Shown: positions 18,488-29,469 of the stretch, piece after piece
Position numbering within the stretch: position 1 is the stretch's first letter
Layout of the letters: each line of letters begins with the position of its first letter
IMG/VR virus record: IMGVR_UViG_3300031963_009771
Location: 1-64,000 of that record
Origin: an uncultured virus (IMG/VR IMGVR_UViG_3300031963_009771)
Taxonomy: Duplodnaviria > Heunggongvirae > Uroviricota > Caudoviricetes
DNA length: 64,000 bases
Strand: one strand, 5' to 3'
The notes under the pieces: generated by a model
What the model saw: only the letters and a program-made list of their open reading frames with translations
Told to the model about the DNA's origin: nothing
Databases searched by the model: none
Position numbers and translations under genes: made by a program

Positions 18488-18769
18488 ATGACACGCCTGT
18501 TACGCCAAATTATCAATTGGTTATTCCCTTTTAAAGAAGGTGAATTTCCTGCAACTCCAAAAGGTTTTAATGCCGCTAAAAAGTGGGCTCAATCTCAACC
18601 ACATACCTATTCTGAAAACCTAACCCTTTGGGAAGAACTTTATGAAAATCATATGGATGGTTATTGGGTATTAGCTAAAATCAACGAACAAAAGAGATTA
18701 GCTGACAAGTATAAAGAGGTAAAGGTGAGGAGAAAGGAAACTAAAAAATATTCCGTAAAAAAATCCTAA
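18488..18769 (+). CDS. Hypothetical protein
   Basis: ORF downstream of TATTTATA at 18456. Confidence 0.6.
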   Translation: MTRLLRQIINWLFPFKEGEFPATPKGFNAAKKWAQSQPHTYSENLTLWEELYENHMDGYWVLAKINEQKRLADKYKEVKVRRKETKKYSVKKS

Positions 18770-18774
18770 AACAT

Positions 18775-18805
18775 TTGGAACTTAGAAAGATATTTCATAT
18801 ATTTG
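18775..18805 (+). promoter_or_regulatory. Bacteroidota-type promoter upstream of SSB
   Basis: TTG-N20-TATATTTG; a TATTTATA motif also at 18828. Confidence 0.75.
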
Positions 18806-18883
18806 TTCTAAGTTTTTGATTTCCGAATATTTATATTCGTAAAACACATAAACTTAAATTTTAAACTTTAAAAACTATAAATT

Positions 18884-19765
18884 ATGTCAACGAACATTGA
18901 TGCAATCAGAGCTCGCCTTAACAAATTGCAAGGCACTCAAAAGACCGCCGACAGTCTATGGAAACCCTCAGTCGGAAAACACCAATTACGTTTAGTACCT
19001 TACAAATTCAACAAGGAAATTCCTTTTATTGAATTGTATTTTCACTACAACATTAACAACAAATCCTATCTTTCACCTGCTTCATTCGGAAGACCTGACC
19101 CAATCGTAGAGTTTGCAGACAAACTTAAAAGGATGGGTGGTAAAGAAGATTATCGAGAAGCTAAAAAGATGGAGCCAAAATTGAGAACTTTTGTACCCGT
19201 AATCGTAAGAGGATTGGAGCATGAAGGAGTTAAGTTTTGGGGATTCGGTAAAACCGTTTATCAAGAATTATTAGGTTATTTTGCAGACCCTGATTATGGT
19301 GATTTATCTCATCCATTAAATGGTAGAGATATCGTAGTAGATTATACTGCACCAGAAGGTGGGGCATCGTATCCAACAACAACTATTAGAGTAAAACCTA
19401 ACTCTACTAAATTGCACGATGAAGATCCTAAAATTAGAGAGTTGTTGGAAAATCAAAAAGATATAACATCTATTTATTCTGAATTATCTTATGATGAGTT
19501 AAAGAAAATTTTAGAGAATTGGTTAAGTGGAAACACAACTGATGATACTGAAACATCTGCAACTCAGGAAACGGTTGTAGCTAAATCTGAACAATCAGTT
19601 GCTGATTCGTTTGATTTTGATTCTAAACCTCATCAATTAGATGATGTTGTAGAAGCACCAAAGGCACAACCTAAAACATCTGAATTACCGTGGGATGATG
19701 AAAAACCGGCGGTAGCTAAAACTACTCAACAAGTAGCAGATGCATTCGAAGATTTATTCAAATAA
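18884..19765 (+). CDS. Single-stranded DNA-binding protein (gp32-like)
   Basis: WKP, FHY, FGKTVYQEL, YGD...GRD; acidic C-terminal tail ending FEDLFK; upstream of recombinase. Confidence 0.8.
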   Translation: MSTNIDAIRARLNKLQGTQKTADSLWKPSVGKHQLRLVPYKFNKEIPFIELYFHYNINNKSYLSPASFGRPDPIVEFADKLKRMGGKEDYREAKKMEPKLRTFVPVIVRGLEHEGVKFWGFGKTVYQELLGYFADPDYGDLSHPLNGRDIVVDYTAPEGGASYPTTTIRVKPNSTKLHDEDPKIRELLENQKDITSIYSELSYDELKKILENWLSGNTTDDTETSATQETVVAKSEQSVADSFDFDSKPHQLDDVVEAPKAQPKTSELPWDDEKPAVAKTTQQVADAFEDLFK

Positions 19766-19773
19766 TATAGATT

Positions 19774-20892
19774 ATGGCAAAAACAGATTTAGCAGACATT
19801 TTGGTTGATAGTCTGAACAAAAAACAAAAAGACCAAAAAATCGCCTTTTTCTTAGATGATGATTCCGAAGGAGCTCCAACCAATGTAAATGGTTGGATAT
19901 CCACCGGAGCTGCTATGTTAGATGTTGCTATTTCTAACCGACCATATGGTGGTATTCCAGTTGGAAGAATTACCGAACTAACGGGATTGGAGCAGAGTGG
20001 TAAATCATTACTCTCTGCCCATCTTTTAGCGGAAACTCAAAAGCAAGGTGGTATTGCAGTATTGATTGATACTGAAACTGCGGTGAGTAGAGAATTCTTT
20101 GATGCAATCGGAGTAGATGTATCCAAATTGTTATATGTTTCAGTAGATACAGTTGAAGATATATTTGAAACAATTGAAACTATTATTGAGAAGGTTAGAG
20201 AAAAAGATGCACAAAAATTGGTTACAATTGTTGTGGATTCAGTAGCGGCGGCATCAACTAAAAAAGAGATGGAATCGGATTATGATAAAGATGGTTACGC
20301 AACTGATAAGGCAATTATCATTTCCAAAGCGATGAGAAAGATTACTAATACAATTGGTAGACAGAAAATCGCAGTCATCTTCACAAACCAATTAAGACAG
20401 AAGTTAGGAGTAATGTTCGGTGACCCCTGGACAACGAGTGGTGGTAAGGCTTTGGCATTCCACGCATCGGTTCGTTTAAGATTGAAGAACGTTGGTCAGA
20501 TTAAAATGAAAGTTGGTGGTAATGATAAAGTGGTAGGTATATCGGTGAGAGCACAAGTTGTTAAAAACCGATTAGGGCCACCATTGCGTTCCGCTGATTT
20601 CGATATCTTCTTCGATAGAGGTATTGATAACTATGGTAGTTGGCTGACAGTAATGAAGGAAAACAAATTAGTTAAACAAGGTGGTGCTTGGTATGAATAT
20701 ACTGATACCGATACCGGTGAAATAATCAAATTTCAATCAAAAGATTTCATTAAGATGATGATGGATAATGTTGAATTGAGAGAACAAATTTACAAGAAAA
20801 TTTGCGAACTAACAATTCTTCAATATAAGAAAGATACTTATGATATCGATAATATGGAAGTTGATGGTGCATTGCCGAATGAAGTAGAATAA
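19774..20892 (+). CDS. recA: RecA/UvsX recombinase
   Basis: ISTG, GRITELTGLEQSGKS, IDTE, VVDSVAA, FTNQLR, GGKALAFHASVRL, KNR. Confidence 0.95.
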   Translation: MAKTDLADILVDSLNKKQKDQKIAFFLDDDSEGAPTNVNGWISTGAAMLDVAISNRPYGGIPVGRITELTGLEQSGKSLLSAHLLAETQKQGGIAVLIDTETAVSREFFDAIGVDVSKLLYVSVDTVEDIFETIETIIEKVREKDAQKLVTIVVDSVAAASTKKEMESDYDKDGYATDKAIIISKAMRKITNTIGRQKIAVIFTNQLRQKLGVMFGDPWTTSGGKALAFHASVRLRLKNVGQIKMKVGGNDKVVGISVRAQVVKNRLGPPLRSADFDIFFDRGIDNYGSWLTVMKENKLVKQGGAWYEYTDTDTGEIIKFQSKDFIKMMMDNVELREQIYKKICELTILQYKKDTYDIDNMEVDGALPNEVE

Positions 20893-21602
20893 TGAATAAC
20901 TTATGGGTATTTGGTGATTCATATTCAACATATAATAGGGAGAGGGGTTCAACTCCTCTCTCTATCTATAATAGAGTAGCTAATCACTTAACATTAGAAC
21001 AAAAAAATCATTCTATTTCTGGATTAAGTAATCCAGATATTTTTACAAATCTATTAAGATTTTTGAGTGAATATAAAAAAGGTGATTATATAATTTTTCA
21101 ATTATCTTTTTTAGATAGATTTTCATATATCGATGTTAGGCAAAGCAAAGAATTAAATCTGCATGAATTGAGTTTATATTCAGTTTCAGATAATTTTTTT
21201 CTTCATCCACAATACTACCATAATGGATTACAAAATGAATTAACCGAAAGGCAAATTCAATCATTCAATGTATTTGCTGAAAATATACAATTAAACTTAT
21301 TTGATTTTTATTACAAATTCTTTACTCAACTAAACCATATTGTAAATTTTTTAAATAATAATGAAATAAATTTTAAAATTGTTATATTAGAAAATTTGAA
21401 TATGGATTATAATGGGGAATCAATAAGTTTGCATTCGTTATTAAATGAAACTAATTTATCAAAGTATATTTTAAATTTTGATGAATCGGATACGCTGAAA
21501 ACAAGTAAATTCTATTTTGAAATTGGTGAGTATGAATACCATCATTTTACGCGTGATGTAATAGATAGAATCGCTGAACAAATCAAAAACAATTTTAGAT
21601 GA
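20892..21602 (+). CDS. SGNH-hydrolase-like protein
   Basis: WVFGDSYS, NHSISGLSN, IFQLSFLDR, C-terminal HHFT. Confidence 0.6.
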   Translation: MNNLWVFGDSYSTYNRERGSTPLSIYNRVANHLTLEQKNHSISGLSNPDIFTNLLRFLSEYKKGDYIIFQLSFLDRFSYIDVRQSKELNLHELSLYSVSDNFFLHPQYYHNGLQNELTERQIQSFNVFAENIQLNLFDFYYKFFTQLNHIVNFLNNNEINFKIVILENLNMDYNGESISLHSLLNETNLSKYILNFDESDTLKTSKFYFEIGEYEYHHFTRDVIDRIAEQIKNNFR

Positions 21603-22633
21603 ACGAAAAATATAAAAGTTTATTAAATGAAATAAGTAACGAGCATACTATAATTAGAACCCGAAATTCAAAAGTTTTATTTGTAGATGGCCTTAATACT
21701 TTTTTTCGTTGTTGGAGCACCAACCCCACAATGAATGAAGATGGTGAGCATGTAGGTGGTGTAGTTGGGTTTCTAAAATCATTAGGTATGGTAATTCGTA
21801 ATGAAAATCCAACGAGAGTGGTTGTTATATTTGATGGCAAAGGTGGTTCACAAAAAAGAAGACAAACTTTTTCTAATTACAAAGCGGATAGAAAAGTAAA
21901 ATTCAGAGTAAACCGTCAGTATGATGATTTGATGACGGAAGAAGATGAACAAATTAGTTTGAAACGACAGATTAGTTGGTTAGGTAATATATTAAGCATT
22001 TTACCTGTAACAACTATGGTTTATGATAATATCGAAGCAGATGATGTTATTGGTTATTTATCGAAGCAGGTTTTAACCGAAGAAGAAAAAGGATTGATAC
22101 TTTCATCTGATAAAGATTTTTTACAACTAGTTTCCGATAATATAAATGTTTGGAATCCACTTAAAAAAGAAAGGATTACAAAAGAAAGATTGGTTGAATT
22201 ATATGGTATTCATCCTGAAAACTTTATTTGGTATAGGGTTTTAGATGGCGATAAATCAGATAATATAGATGGAGTAAAGGGGTGTGGATTAAAAACATTA
22301 CAAAAAAGATTACCTCTTTTCGAAGGTGAAAAGAGAGTGACAATAGAAGAACTATTAAGCGCAGCGGAAGCTGAAAAAGATAAATACAAAGTTTTTCAAA
22401 CAATTATAGATAGCAAAAGCATTATTGAAAGAAACTTTGATTTAATGCAATTAGATAATCCGGATATAAGTGGGACAACTAAATTAAAAATTGTAGAACG
22501 ATTTAGAGAAGACGTTGAGCCATTAGATAAAATGAAATTTATCGGGATGGGTATGAAATATAAGATACTTCAAAATTGGACAGATGTTAATGATTGGTTG
22601 AGAACATCATTTGGAAATCTTATATTAAAATAA
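21599..22633 (+). CDS. 5'-3' exonuclease / flap endonuclease (T4 RNase H-like)
   Basis: VDGLN, FDG, YKADR, EADD, SSDKDFLQL, GDKSDNIDGVKGCG. Confidence 0.92.
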   Translation: MNEKYKSLLNEISNEHTIIRTRNSKVLFVDGLNTFFRCWSTNPTMNEDGEHVGGVVGFLKSLGMVIRNENPTRVVVIFDGKGGSQKRRQTFSNYKADRKVKFRVNRQYDDLMTEEDEQISLKRQISWLGNILSILPVTTMVYDNIEADDVIGYLSKQVLTEEEKGLILSSDKDFLQLVSDNINVWNPLKKERITKERLVELYGIHPENFIWYRVLDGDKSDNIDGVKGCGLKTLQKRLPLFEGEKRVTIEELLSAAEAEKDKYKVFQTIIDSKSIIERNFDLMQLDNPDISGTTKLKIVERFREDVEPLDKMKFIGMGMKYKILQNWTDVNDWLRTSFGNLILK

Positions 22634-22634
22634 T

Positions 22635-22665
22635 TTGGAAATTTAAAATTTAAACTCTATATTTG
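22635..22665 (+). promoter_or_regulatory. Bacteroidota-type promoter, 4 nt before helicase ATG
   Basis: TTG-N20-TATATTTG. Confidence 0.75.
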
Positions 22666-22669
22666 TTCT

Positions 22670-24031
22670 ATGAGTGAAGCTGTAGATAATCTATCAAAAT
22701 ATGGTCAAAGTTACCAAACAAAGGTTGTAGCTAATTTAGTTGTTGATAGAACTTTTTTAGAACAAGTATCCGATATATTAGAAACAAAATATTTTGAAGC
22801 AGATACGAATAAATGGATTGTTGATTTAACAAAGAAGTATTTTCACAAATACAAAAACATTCCAACTACCGATTTCTTTAAAACCGAAGTTCAAAAAATA
22901 TCCGATAATACATTACAACAAAATGTAGTTGGGCAATTAAAGGCAGTGTATCAAAACACACAACATTCTGATAAAGAATGGGTAAAAACTGAATTTGTAA
23001 CATTTTGTAAAAACCAAAACTTTAAAAATGTAATCCTAAATTCAGTTGAATTATTAAAAACCGGTCAATTTGAAAAGATTGAAAAAATGGTTAGGGATGC
23101 CGTTAAAGTTGGGCAGACTGCTGATTTGGGATTGGATTATAAAGAAGAACTTGAAGCTCGTTTTGAAGAAGTAAATAGGAGAACCGTTGCTACAAATTGG
23201 GATGTTATTGATGAATTGACCGATGGAGGATTGGGGCCAGGTGAATTAGGAGTTATTGTAGCACCTTCCGGTGTTGGTAAGACTTGGGTATTATCACATA
23301 TAGGAGCGGAAGCGGTAAGACAAGGTAAAAATGTATTACATTACACTTTGGAACTTACACAAAATTATGTTGGGCAGAGATATGATACTATTTTCACATC
23401 TATACCATCAGCTGATTTAAAAGAACATAAAGATGAAATCAGAGAAAAGGTAGATAAACTAAAAGGAGGATTGATTATTAAATACTATCCACCAAAAGGT
23501 ATTACCGCCAATACAATTGCTGCGCACGTTGATATGGTTAGGCAAACAAAGTTTCAACCAGATTTAATTATTATAGATTATGCAGATTTATTGGTATCAA
23601 CTAATTCAAAAAATAATTCTGATTACGCTGAGCAGGGGGGGATTTATATTGATTTAAGAGCTTTAAGTGGTGAGTATCAAATACCAATTTGGACTGCATC
23701 GCAAACAAATAGAAGTGCAATTGATTCCGAAGTAATTCAGGCAGATAAGATTGCAGATTCATACGCAAAGGTAATGAATGCCGATTTAATTATATCAGTT
23801 AGTAGAAAGGATACCGATAAACTAAATGATACGGCTCGTTTTCACATTATGAAAAACCGATTTGGGCAAGATGGTATGACATTTCCTGCAAAGATGAACA
23901 CTAATAAAGGTATTATAGAAGTATATGCAAATAATTCTCCAAATGGAATCATCGCTAGTAAAGAAGCTAAGAATGGAGAACTTTTACAAAAACAACTACT
24001 GCATAAAAAATATGTAGATAATATGGGGTAA
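22670..24031 (+). CDS. Replicative DNA helicase (DnaB/gp41-like)
   Basis: GELGVIVAPSGVGKT, TLEL, IIDYAD, TASQTNR, KNRFG. Confidence 0.93.
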   Translation: MSEAVDNLSKYGQSYQTKVVANLVVDRTFLEQVSDILETKYFEADTNKWIVDLTKKYFHKYKNIPTTDFFKTEVQKISDNTLQQNVVGQLKAVYQNTQHSDKEWVKTEFVTFCKNQNFKNVILNSVELLKTGQFEKIEKMVRDAVKVGQTADLGLDYKEELEARFEEVNRRTVATNWDVIDELTDGGLGPGELGVIVAPSGVGKTWVLSHIGAEAVRQGKNVLHYTLELTQNYVGQRYDTIFTSIPSADLKEHKDEIREKVDKLKGGLIIKYYPPKGITANTIAAHVDMVRQTKFQPDLIIIDYADLLVSTNSKNNSDYAEQGGIYIDLRALSGEYQIPIWTASQTNRSAIDSEVIQADKIADSYAKVMNADLIISVSRKDTDKLNDTARFHIMKNRFGQDGMTFPAKMNTNKGIIEVYANNSPNGIIASKEAKNGELLQKQLLHKKYVDNMG

Positions 24032-24034
24032 GTT

Positions 24035-25195
24035 ATGAAATTACTATTAGGAGATTGTTTAGATAAACTAAAAGAATTAGAAGATAACTCTATTGATTCA
24101 ATTGTTACAGACCCACCATACGGACTTTCCTTTATGGGAAAGAAATGGGATTACGATGTTCCCTCACAGGCTATATGGGAAGAGTGTATGAGGGTATTAA
24201 AGCCAGGCGGACACTTATTATCATTCGCAGGTAGTAGAACTTATCACAGAATGGCAGTAAGGATTGAAGATGCAGGGTTTGAGATTAGAGACCAGATTAT
24301 GTGGATATATGGTAGTGGGTTTCCAAAATCACATAACATCGGTAAAGCAGTAGATGCATTAGAAAAGACCGGCAAATCAAATCCAAAGGCCTTACGTGAA
24401 GCAAGAATGGGTAACGATTATAAACCAACCGGTCAAATTGATTATAAAAAAGGTAGAATGTTTAGTTCAGATATAGAGAATGATACTACACAACAAATTA
24501 TAAATAACGAATGGGAGGGATGGGGAACTGCATTAAAACCCGCACACGAACCAATAGTAATGGCAAGAAAACCTTTCAAGGGTAACGTAGCAGGTAATGT
24601 ATTAGAATGGGGTGTCGGTGGTGTAAACATAGATGATAGTAGAATTGATTTTGTAAGTGAAGCTGATAAAGCAGAGAGCATTAACAAAAACCAACACGCT
24701 GATTTCGGTAGCACAATGGGTTCAAACCAAATCTATGGCGATTACTCAATGTTAAAACCACAAAACTATAATCCAACTGGTAGATTTCCTGCTAATGTAA
24801 TCTTTGATGAAGAAGCAGGTAAGATATTAGATGAACAATATGAAGCCGCATCACGCTTCTTTTATTGCCCGAAAGCATCAAAGGGTGATAGAAATGAAGG
24901 AGGTGATAATACACACCCAACCGTAAAACCAACTGATTTAATGTTATACCTAATCCGTTTAGTAACACCAAATGGTGGAACAACTCTTGACCCGTTTATG
25001 GGTAGTGGTTCAACTGGTAAAGCGGCAGTAAGAGGTGGATTTGACTTCATTGGCATTGAAAGAGAAAAAGAATATTTTCAAATTGCAGAGACTAGAATAG
25101 ATTACGAAATCGGCAATCCATACAAAGAAGAAAAAGGTAAAAAAGTAGAAGTAACCCCTAAATTAAAAGAAACGGTAAATAAATTTTTTGGATAA
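24035..25195 (+). CDS. DNA amino-methyltransferase (N6A/N4C, beta class)
   Basis: VTDPPY, GFPKS, HPTVKP, LDPFMGSGSTG; C-terminal NKFF. Confidence 0.92.
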   Translation: MKLLLGDCLDKLKELEDNSIDSIVTDPPYGLSFMGKKWDYDVPSQAIWEECMRVLKPGGHLLSFAGSRTYHRMAVRIEDAGFEIRDQIMWIYGSGFPKSHNIGKAVDALEKTGKSNPKALREARMGNDYKPTGQIDYKKGRMFSSDIENDTTQQIINNEWEGWGTALKPAHEPIVMARKPFKGNVAGNVLEWGVGGVNIDDSRIDFVSEADKAESINKNQHADFGSTMGSNQIYGDYSMLKPQNYNPTGRFPANVIFDEEAGKILDEQYEAASRFFYCPKASKGDRNEGGDNTHPTVKPTDLMLYLIRLVTPNGGTTLDPFMGSGSTGKAAVRGGFDFIGIEREKEYFQIAETRIDYEIGNPYKEEKGKKVEVTPKLKETVNKFFG

Positions 25196-25208
25196 TAACA
25201 AACGTAAT

Positions 25209-25493
25209 ATGGAAAATAAAATTGGATTAGTTGATGAAATATGTGCTGGAATGGCTATATTAGATTATTTTGATAATGCTATATTAGGATATGATGTTGA
25301 TTCTAAAAAAATTATATATGATTATAAATCAATGGTAGATATTCTTATAAAAGACCACCAACTTTCCGAAGAATTGGCAGTTGAATACCTTTCATACAAT
25401 GTAATAGGATTAAAAATTACAAATGACGATGGGGAAGACATATCACCGATTATTATAAGCAAATTTGAAGATGAGTTAAATGATAAACTATAA
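25209..25493 (+). CDS. Hypothetical protein
   Basis: FDNAILG...YDY...AVEYLSYNV. Confidence 0.7.
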   Translation: MENKIGLVDEICAGMAILDYFDNAILGYDVDSKKIIYDYKSMVDILIKDHQLSEELAVEYLSYNVIGLKITNDDGEDISPIIISKFEDELNDKL

Positions 25494-26538
25494 TACTTTT
25501 GCTAAGTTTATAGAATGGGATGAGTTAGATTTAGAGTATGAAAGAATAACTCAAAATATAAAAGAAATAGATGATGTTCAATCAGCATTAGATATAATTT
25601 TTAAGTATCATCGAAAAAAAGGATTTCCTCACTACCATTCAACCACCGATAATATGATTGGTGATATGAAATCTTTAAGTGAGTTTGATGAATCAACTTT
25701 ATTTAAAGATGGTTATATTGACCAAACAATGCATTGTTTAGGATTGGCATGGAGTTATTTTCCCCATTGGATAGATGTTCAATGTGGTAATAGTAAAATG
25801 AAACCAATTGATTATTGGAATGATGATAGTAAGTTCAAAGAAATTATTAGAAAGACTTGGAATTGGCATCTTAAACATAGTGATGGTAAATTTACCCTAA
25901 ATCGTTTAAGACAAAATTTCAAAATATATGGTGGCAACCAAACTGTCAGTAATTTCAGACCTTCGGCTGCTAAATGGATATATAATAACTATGGTGGGGA
26001 GACCGTGTGGGATATGAGTTGTGGATGGGGAGGTAGATTAATTGGATTCCTAACGAGTAATTGTAAAACGTATATAGGAACTGATCCTAGCGGTAAAACT
26101 TATGAGGGATTAGGTAAATTAAATAAAGACCTAAATTTTTATGGTAAAAATGTTATACTCCACCAATTAGGTTCGGAAGTATTCGTACCAGAAAAAGATT
26201 CATTAGATTTGTGTTTTACTTCACCACCTTATTTCGATACTGAAAAATATAGTGATGAGGAAACCCAATCATATAAAAAATACCCTACACCACATTTATG
26301 GGTGGATGGATTTTTAAAACAAACTATGGCAAATTGTCATATTGGCTTAAAAAGTGGGGGTAAAATGTTATTAAATATAGCAAATACTCCTAAACATAAA
26401 GATATAGAAAGTGAAACGATTAGAGTAGCGGAAGAAGAAGGATTTGTATTAGAAAAAACAATAAAACTTGCATTATCCAGTATTGCTGGGAAGGGTATAA
26501 AATACGAACCTATCTTTATTTTTAACAAAAAAAACTAA
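25480..26538 (+). CDS. SAM-dependent DNA methyltransferase-like protein (SPPY type)
   Basis: NFRPSAAK, DMSCGWGGRL, YIGTDP, FTSPPYFDTEKY, EPIF. Confidence 0.8.
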   Translation: MINYNTFAKFIEWDELDLEYERITQNIKEIDDVQSALDIIFKYHRKKGFPHYHSTTDNMIGDMKSLSEFDESTLFKDGYIDQTMHCLGLAWSYFPHWIDVQCGNSKMKPIDYWNDDSKFKEIIRKTWNWHLKHSDGKFTLNRLRQNFKIYGGNQTVSNFRPSAAKWIYNNYGGETVWDMSCGWGGRLIGFLTSNCKTYIGTDPSGKTYEGLGKLNKDLNFYGKNVILHQLGSEVFVPEKDSLDLCFTSPPYFDTEKYSDEETQSYKKYPTPHLWVDGFLKQTMANCHIGLKSGGKMLLNIANTPKHKDIESETIRVAEEEGFVLEKTIKLALSSIAGKGIKYEPIFIFNKKN

Positions 26539-26634
26539 AGAAATATTAATGAAAAAATTTTCTAAAGAACCTAAAATTTTTTACGGTATATATCCTATTT
26601 ATTCTTACCTTAATAACAAAACAAAGTTTTAAAG

Positions 26635-27648
26635 ATGAGCAAATTATTTACCGAAAGAATTCCATTTAAACCATTTGAATATCCAGAATACTATACCGAA
26701 GGTTGGTTGAAGCAAATGCAGGCTTTTTGGTTACATACCGAAATCCCTATGCAGATGGATGTGAAGGATTGGAATGAAAATTTAACAAAAGAAGAAAAAC
26801 ATTTAGTTGGTAACATCCTTTTAGGATTTGCTCAAACCGAATGTGCCGTATCCGATTATTGGACAGGCATGGTTACCAAATGGTTTCCAAAGCATGAGAT
26901 TAGACAAATGGCAATGGCGTTTGGTTCGCAAGAAACAATACATTCAGTAGCATATTCATATCTTAATGAAACATTAGGATTAGATGATTTCGAAGGTTTC
27001 CTACACGATGAAGCGATGAAGGAAAGATTTGAACTATTGACTAATACAACTGCTGATTGGACACCGGAAGATTTAAAAACTAATCCAAAAGCAAGAATTG
27101 AAGTTGCTCGTTCATTGGCCATCTTTTCGGCATTTGCAGAAGGTGTGGCATTATATTCTTCATTCGCAGTTCTTTATAGTTTCCAAATGAGAAACTTACT
27201 AAAAGGAATTGGACAACAAATGAAGTGGAGTGTTAGAGATGAATCACTGCATTCGAAGATGGGTTGTCAATTATTCAGACACATGTGTAGTGAGTATCCT
27301 GAATTGTTAGAAGAAGCAAAAGTTGATATCTACAAAGCAGCAGAAATAATTAGAGATTTAGAACACAAATTTATTGATAAGATTTTTGAAATGGGTGATT
27401 TAGAAAACCTTAAAGCAGATGACCTAAAAGAATTCATTACAAAAAGAATTAATGAAAAATTAGGAGAGTTAGGATATAACCCAATTAAAGGTGGCGATGG
27501 CTATTTTGAATACACCGAAAAAAAGGCATCTCAATTAGATTGGTTCTACCATTTAACAGGAGGTGTGACACATACTGATTTCTTTGCTATCAGACCTACT
27601 GATTATAGTAAAGCAGGTGAAGGTGAAAATTGGGATGATATATTTTAA
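26635..27648 (+). CDS. nrdB: Ribonucleotide reductase class Ia beta subunit
   Basis: FKPFEYP, ETIHSVAYS, EGVALYSSF, VRDESLH. Confidence 0.95.
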   Translation: MSKLFTERIPFKPFEYPEYYTEGWLKQMQAFWLHTEIPMQMDVKDWNENLTKEEKHLVGNILLGFAQTECAVSDYWTGMVTKWFPKHEIRQMAMAFGSQETIHSVAYSYLNETLGLDDFEGFLHDEAMKERFELLTNTTADWTPEDLKTNPKARIEVARSLAIFSAFAEGVALYSSFAVLYSFQMRNLLKGIGQQMKWSVRDESLHSKMGCQLFRHMCSEYPELLEEAKVDIYKAAEIIRDLEHKFIDKIFEMGDLENLKADDLKEFITKRINEKLGELGYNPIKGGDGYFEYTEKKASQLDWFYHLTGGVTHTDFFAIRPTDYSKAGEGENWDDIF

Positions 27649-27668
27649 AAAAATTAAGAATTAAATTT

Positions 27669-29450
27669 ATGAAGAATTACGGCGAAGAACTCGGTTGGGA
27701 GGTAGATGTTGATTTTCCATCTTGGGGAAATAATGAGATTTATGTAAAGACTATATCTAAAACATATTTGCAGGCAGGAGAAAAACCAAAAGATGCATAT
27801 TGGAGAGTTGCTACTGCGGTAGCCAAAAGATTAGAGAAACCACAATTGGCAACAAAATTTTTTGATTACATTTGGAAAGGATGGTTGTGTTTAGCTACAC
27901 CAGTACTATCAAATACTGGTACTGATAGAGGATTGCCTATTTCATGTTTTGGTATTGATGTGGGTGATAGTATCTATGAGATTGGTTCAAAGAATTTAGA
28001 GTTGATGTTGTTGGCAAAGCATGGTGGTGGTGTTGGTATTGGAATCAATATGATACGACCTGCGGGTTCTAAAATCACCGGTAATGGAACATCCGATGGT
28101 ATTGTACCATTTGCAAAAATATACGATTCTACCATCTTAGCAACTAATCAAGGAGCGGTTCGTAGAGGTGCGGCATCGGTGAACATAAAAATCGAACATA
28201 AAGATTTTGATGATTTTTTAGAGATTAGAGAACCAAAGGGTGATGTAAACCGTCAATCACTTAACTTACACCAATGTGTAGTAGTGAGTGATAAGTTTAT
28301 GAAAAAATTAGAAGAAGGAGATCCGGAAGCAAGAAGAAAATGGGGTAAATTACTTCAGAAAAGAAAAGCAACTGGAGAACCTTACATTATGTACAAAGGA
28401 AATGTGAACAAAGCAAATCCTGAAATGTACAAAAAGAATGGTTTAAAAGTTCACATGACTAACATTTGTTCAGAGATTGTATTACATACCGATGAGCAAC
28501 ATTCATTCGTTTGTTGTTTGAGTTCCTTAAACTTAGCAAAGTACGATGAATGGAAAGATACTGATTTAGTTTATACATCTACTATCTTCTTAGATGGTGT
28601 ATTGGAGGAGTTCTTACAAAGAGCTAAGAATATGAAAGGTTTTGAAAATTCAGTTCGTTCAGCAGAAAGAGGCAGAGCCTTAGGATTAGGTGTATTAGGG
28701 TGGCATACTTACCTACAACAAAAGGGAATACCATTTGAAGGATTACAAGCCCAATTTGAAACTCGTAAGATTTTCTCACAAATGAAAATAGAAAGTGAGA
28801 GTGCAAGTAGAGATTTGGCAGCAGAATATGGAGAACCTCTTTGGTGTAGAGAGAGTGGATTCCGTAATACACATTTAAGAGCAGTAGCACCGACTGTATC
28901 AAACTCAAAATTAAGTGGTAATGTAAGTAGTGGTATTGAGCCGTGGGCAGCAAATGTATTCACCGAACAAACTTCAAAAGGAACATTTATTAGAAAAAAT
29001 CCTGAATTGGAAAGAGTGCTTCGTAAGATTGGTAAAAACAATAAAGAAGTATGGGATCAAATTCTTGCAGATGGAGGTTCGGTACAAGGATTGGATTTTT
29101 TAGATGATTGGTGTTTTTCAGGTGATAAATTAGTTGAGTGTAAAGAAGTATCAATTGATGAAAGGGCACATCGATGTAGTTCAGTAAAAGATGTATTCAA
29201 AACATTTAAAGAAATTAATCAATTGGATTTAGTAAGACAAGCAGGTGTGAGACAACAATACATCGACCAAGCAGTTTCTCTAAATTTAGCATTTCCTGCA
29301 ACCGCAGAACCAAAATGGGTTAATCAAGTTCATTTGGAAGCATGGAAACAAGGTGTTAAAACACTTTACTATATGAGAACCGAATCGGTATTAAGAGGTG
29401 ATATAGCGGCAAAGGCAATGGATCCAGAGTGTGTAAGTTGTGAAGGTTAA
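27669..29450 (+). CDS. nrdA: Ribonucleotide reductase class Ia alpha subunit
   Basis: ATPVLSN, PISCF, RRGA, TNICSEI, VCCLSSLN, APTVSNS, KTLYY, C-terminal CVSCEG. Confidence 0.95.
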   Translation: MKNYGEELGWEVDVDFPSWGNNEIYVKTISKTYLQAGEKPKDAYWRVATAVAKRLEKPQLATKFFDYIWKGWLCLATPVLSNTGTDRGLPISCFGIDVGDSIYEIGSKNLELMLLAKHGGGVGIGINMIRPAGSKITGNGTSDGIVPFAKIYDSTILATNQGAVRRGAASVNIKIEHKDFDDFLEIREPKGDVNRQSLNLHQCVVVSDKFMKKLEEGDPEARRKWGKLLQKRKATGEPYIMYKGNVNKANPEMYKKNGLKVHMTNICSEIVLHTDEQHSFVCCLSSLNLAKYDEWKDTDLVYTSTIFLDGVLEEFLQRAKNMKGFENSVRSAERGRALGLGVLGWHTYLQQKGIPFEGLQAQFETRKIFSQMKIESESASRDLAAEYGEPLWCRESGFRNTHLRAVAPTVSNSKLSGNVSSGIEPWAANVFTEQTSKGTFIRKNPELERVLRKIGKNNKEVWDQILADGGSVQGLDFLDDWCFSGDKLVECKEVSIDERAHRCSSVKDVFKTFKEINQLDLVRQAGVRQQYIDQAVSLNLAFPATAEPKWVNQVHLEAWKQGVKTLYYMRTESVLRGDIAAKAMDPECVSCEG

Positions 29451-29469
29451 TAAATTAAAATAAAATAAT

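Noticed and set aside
20940..20960. Hairpin GAGAGGGG-ttcaa-CTCCTCTC just after recA
   Set aside because: Lies within the next CDS and lacks a U-tract; not enough support to call a terminator
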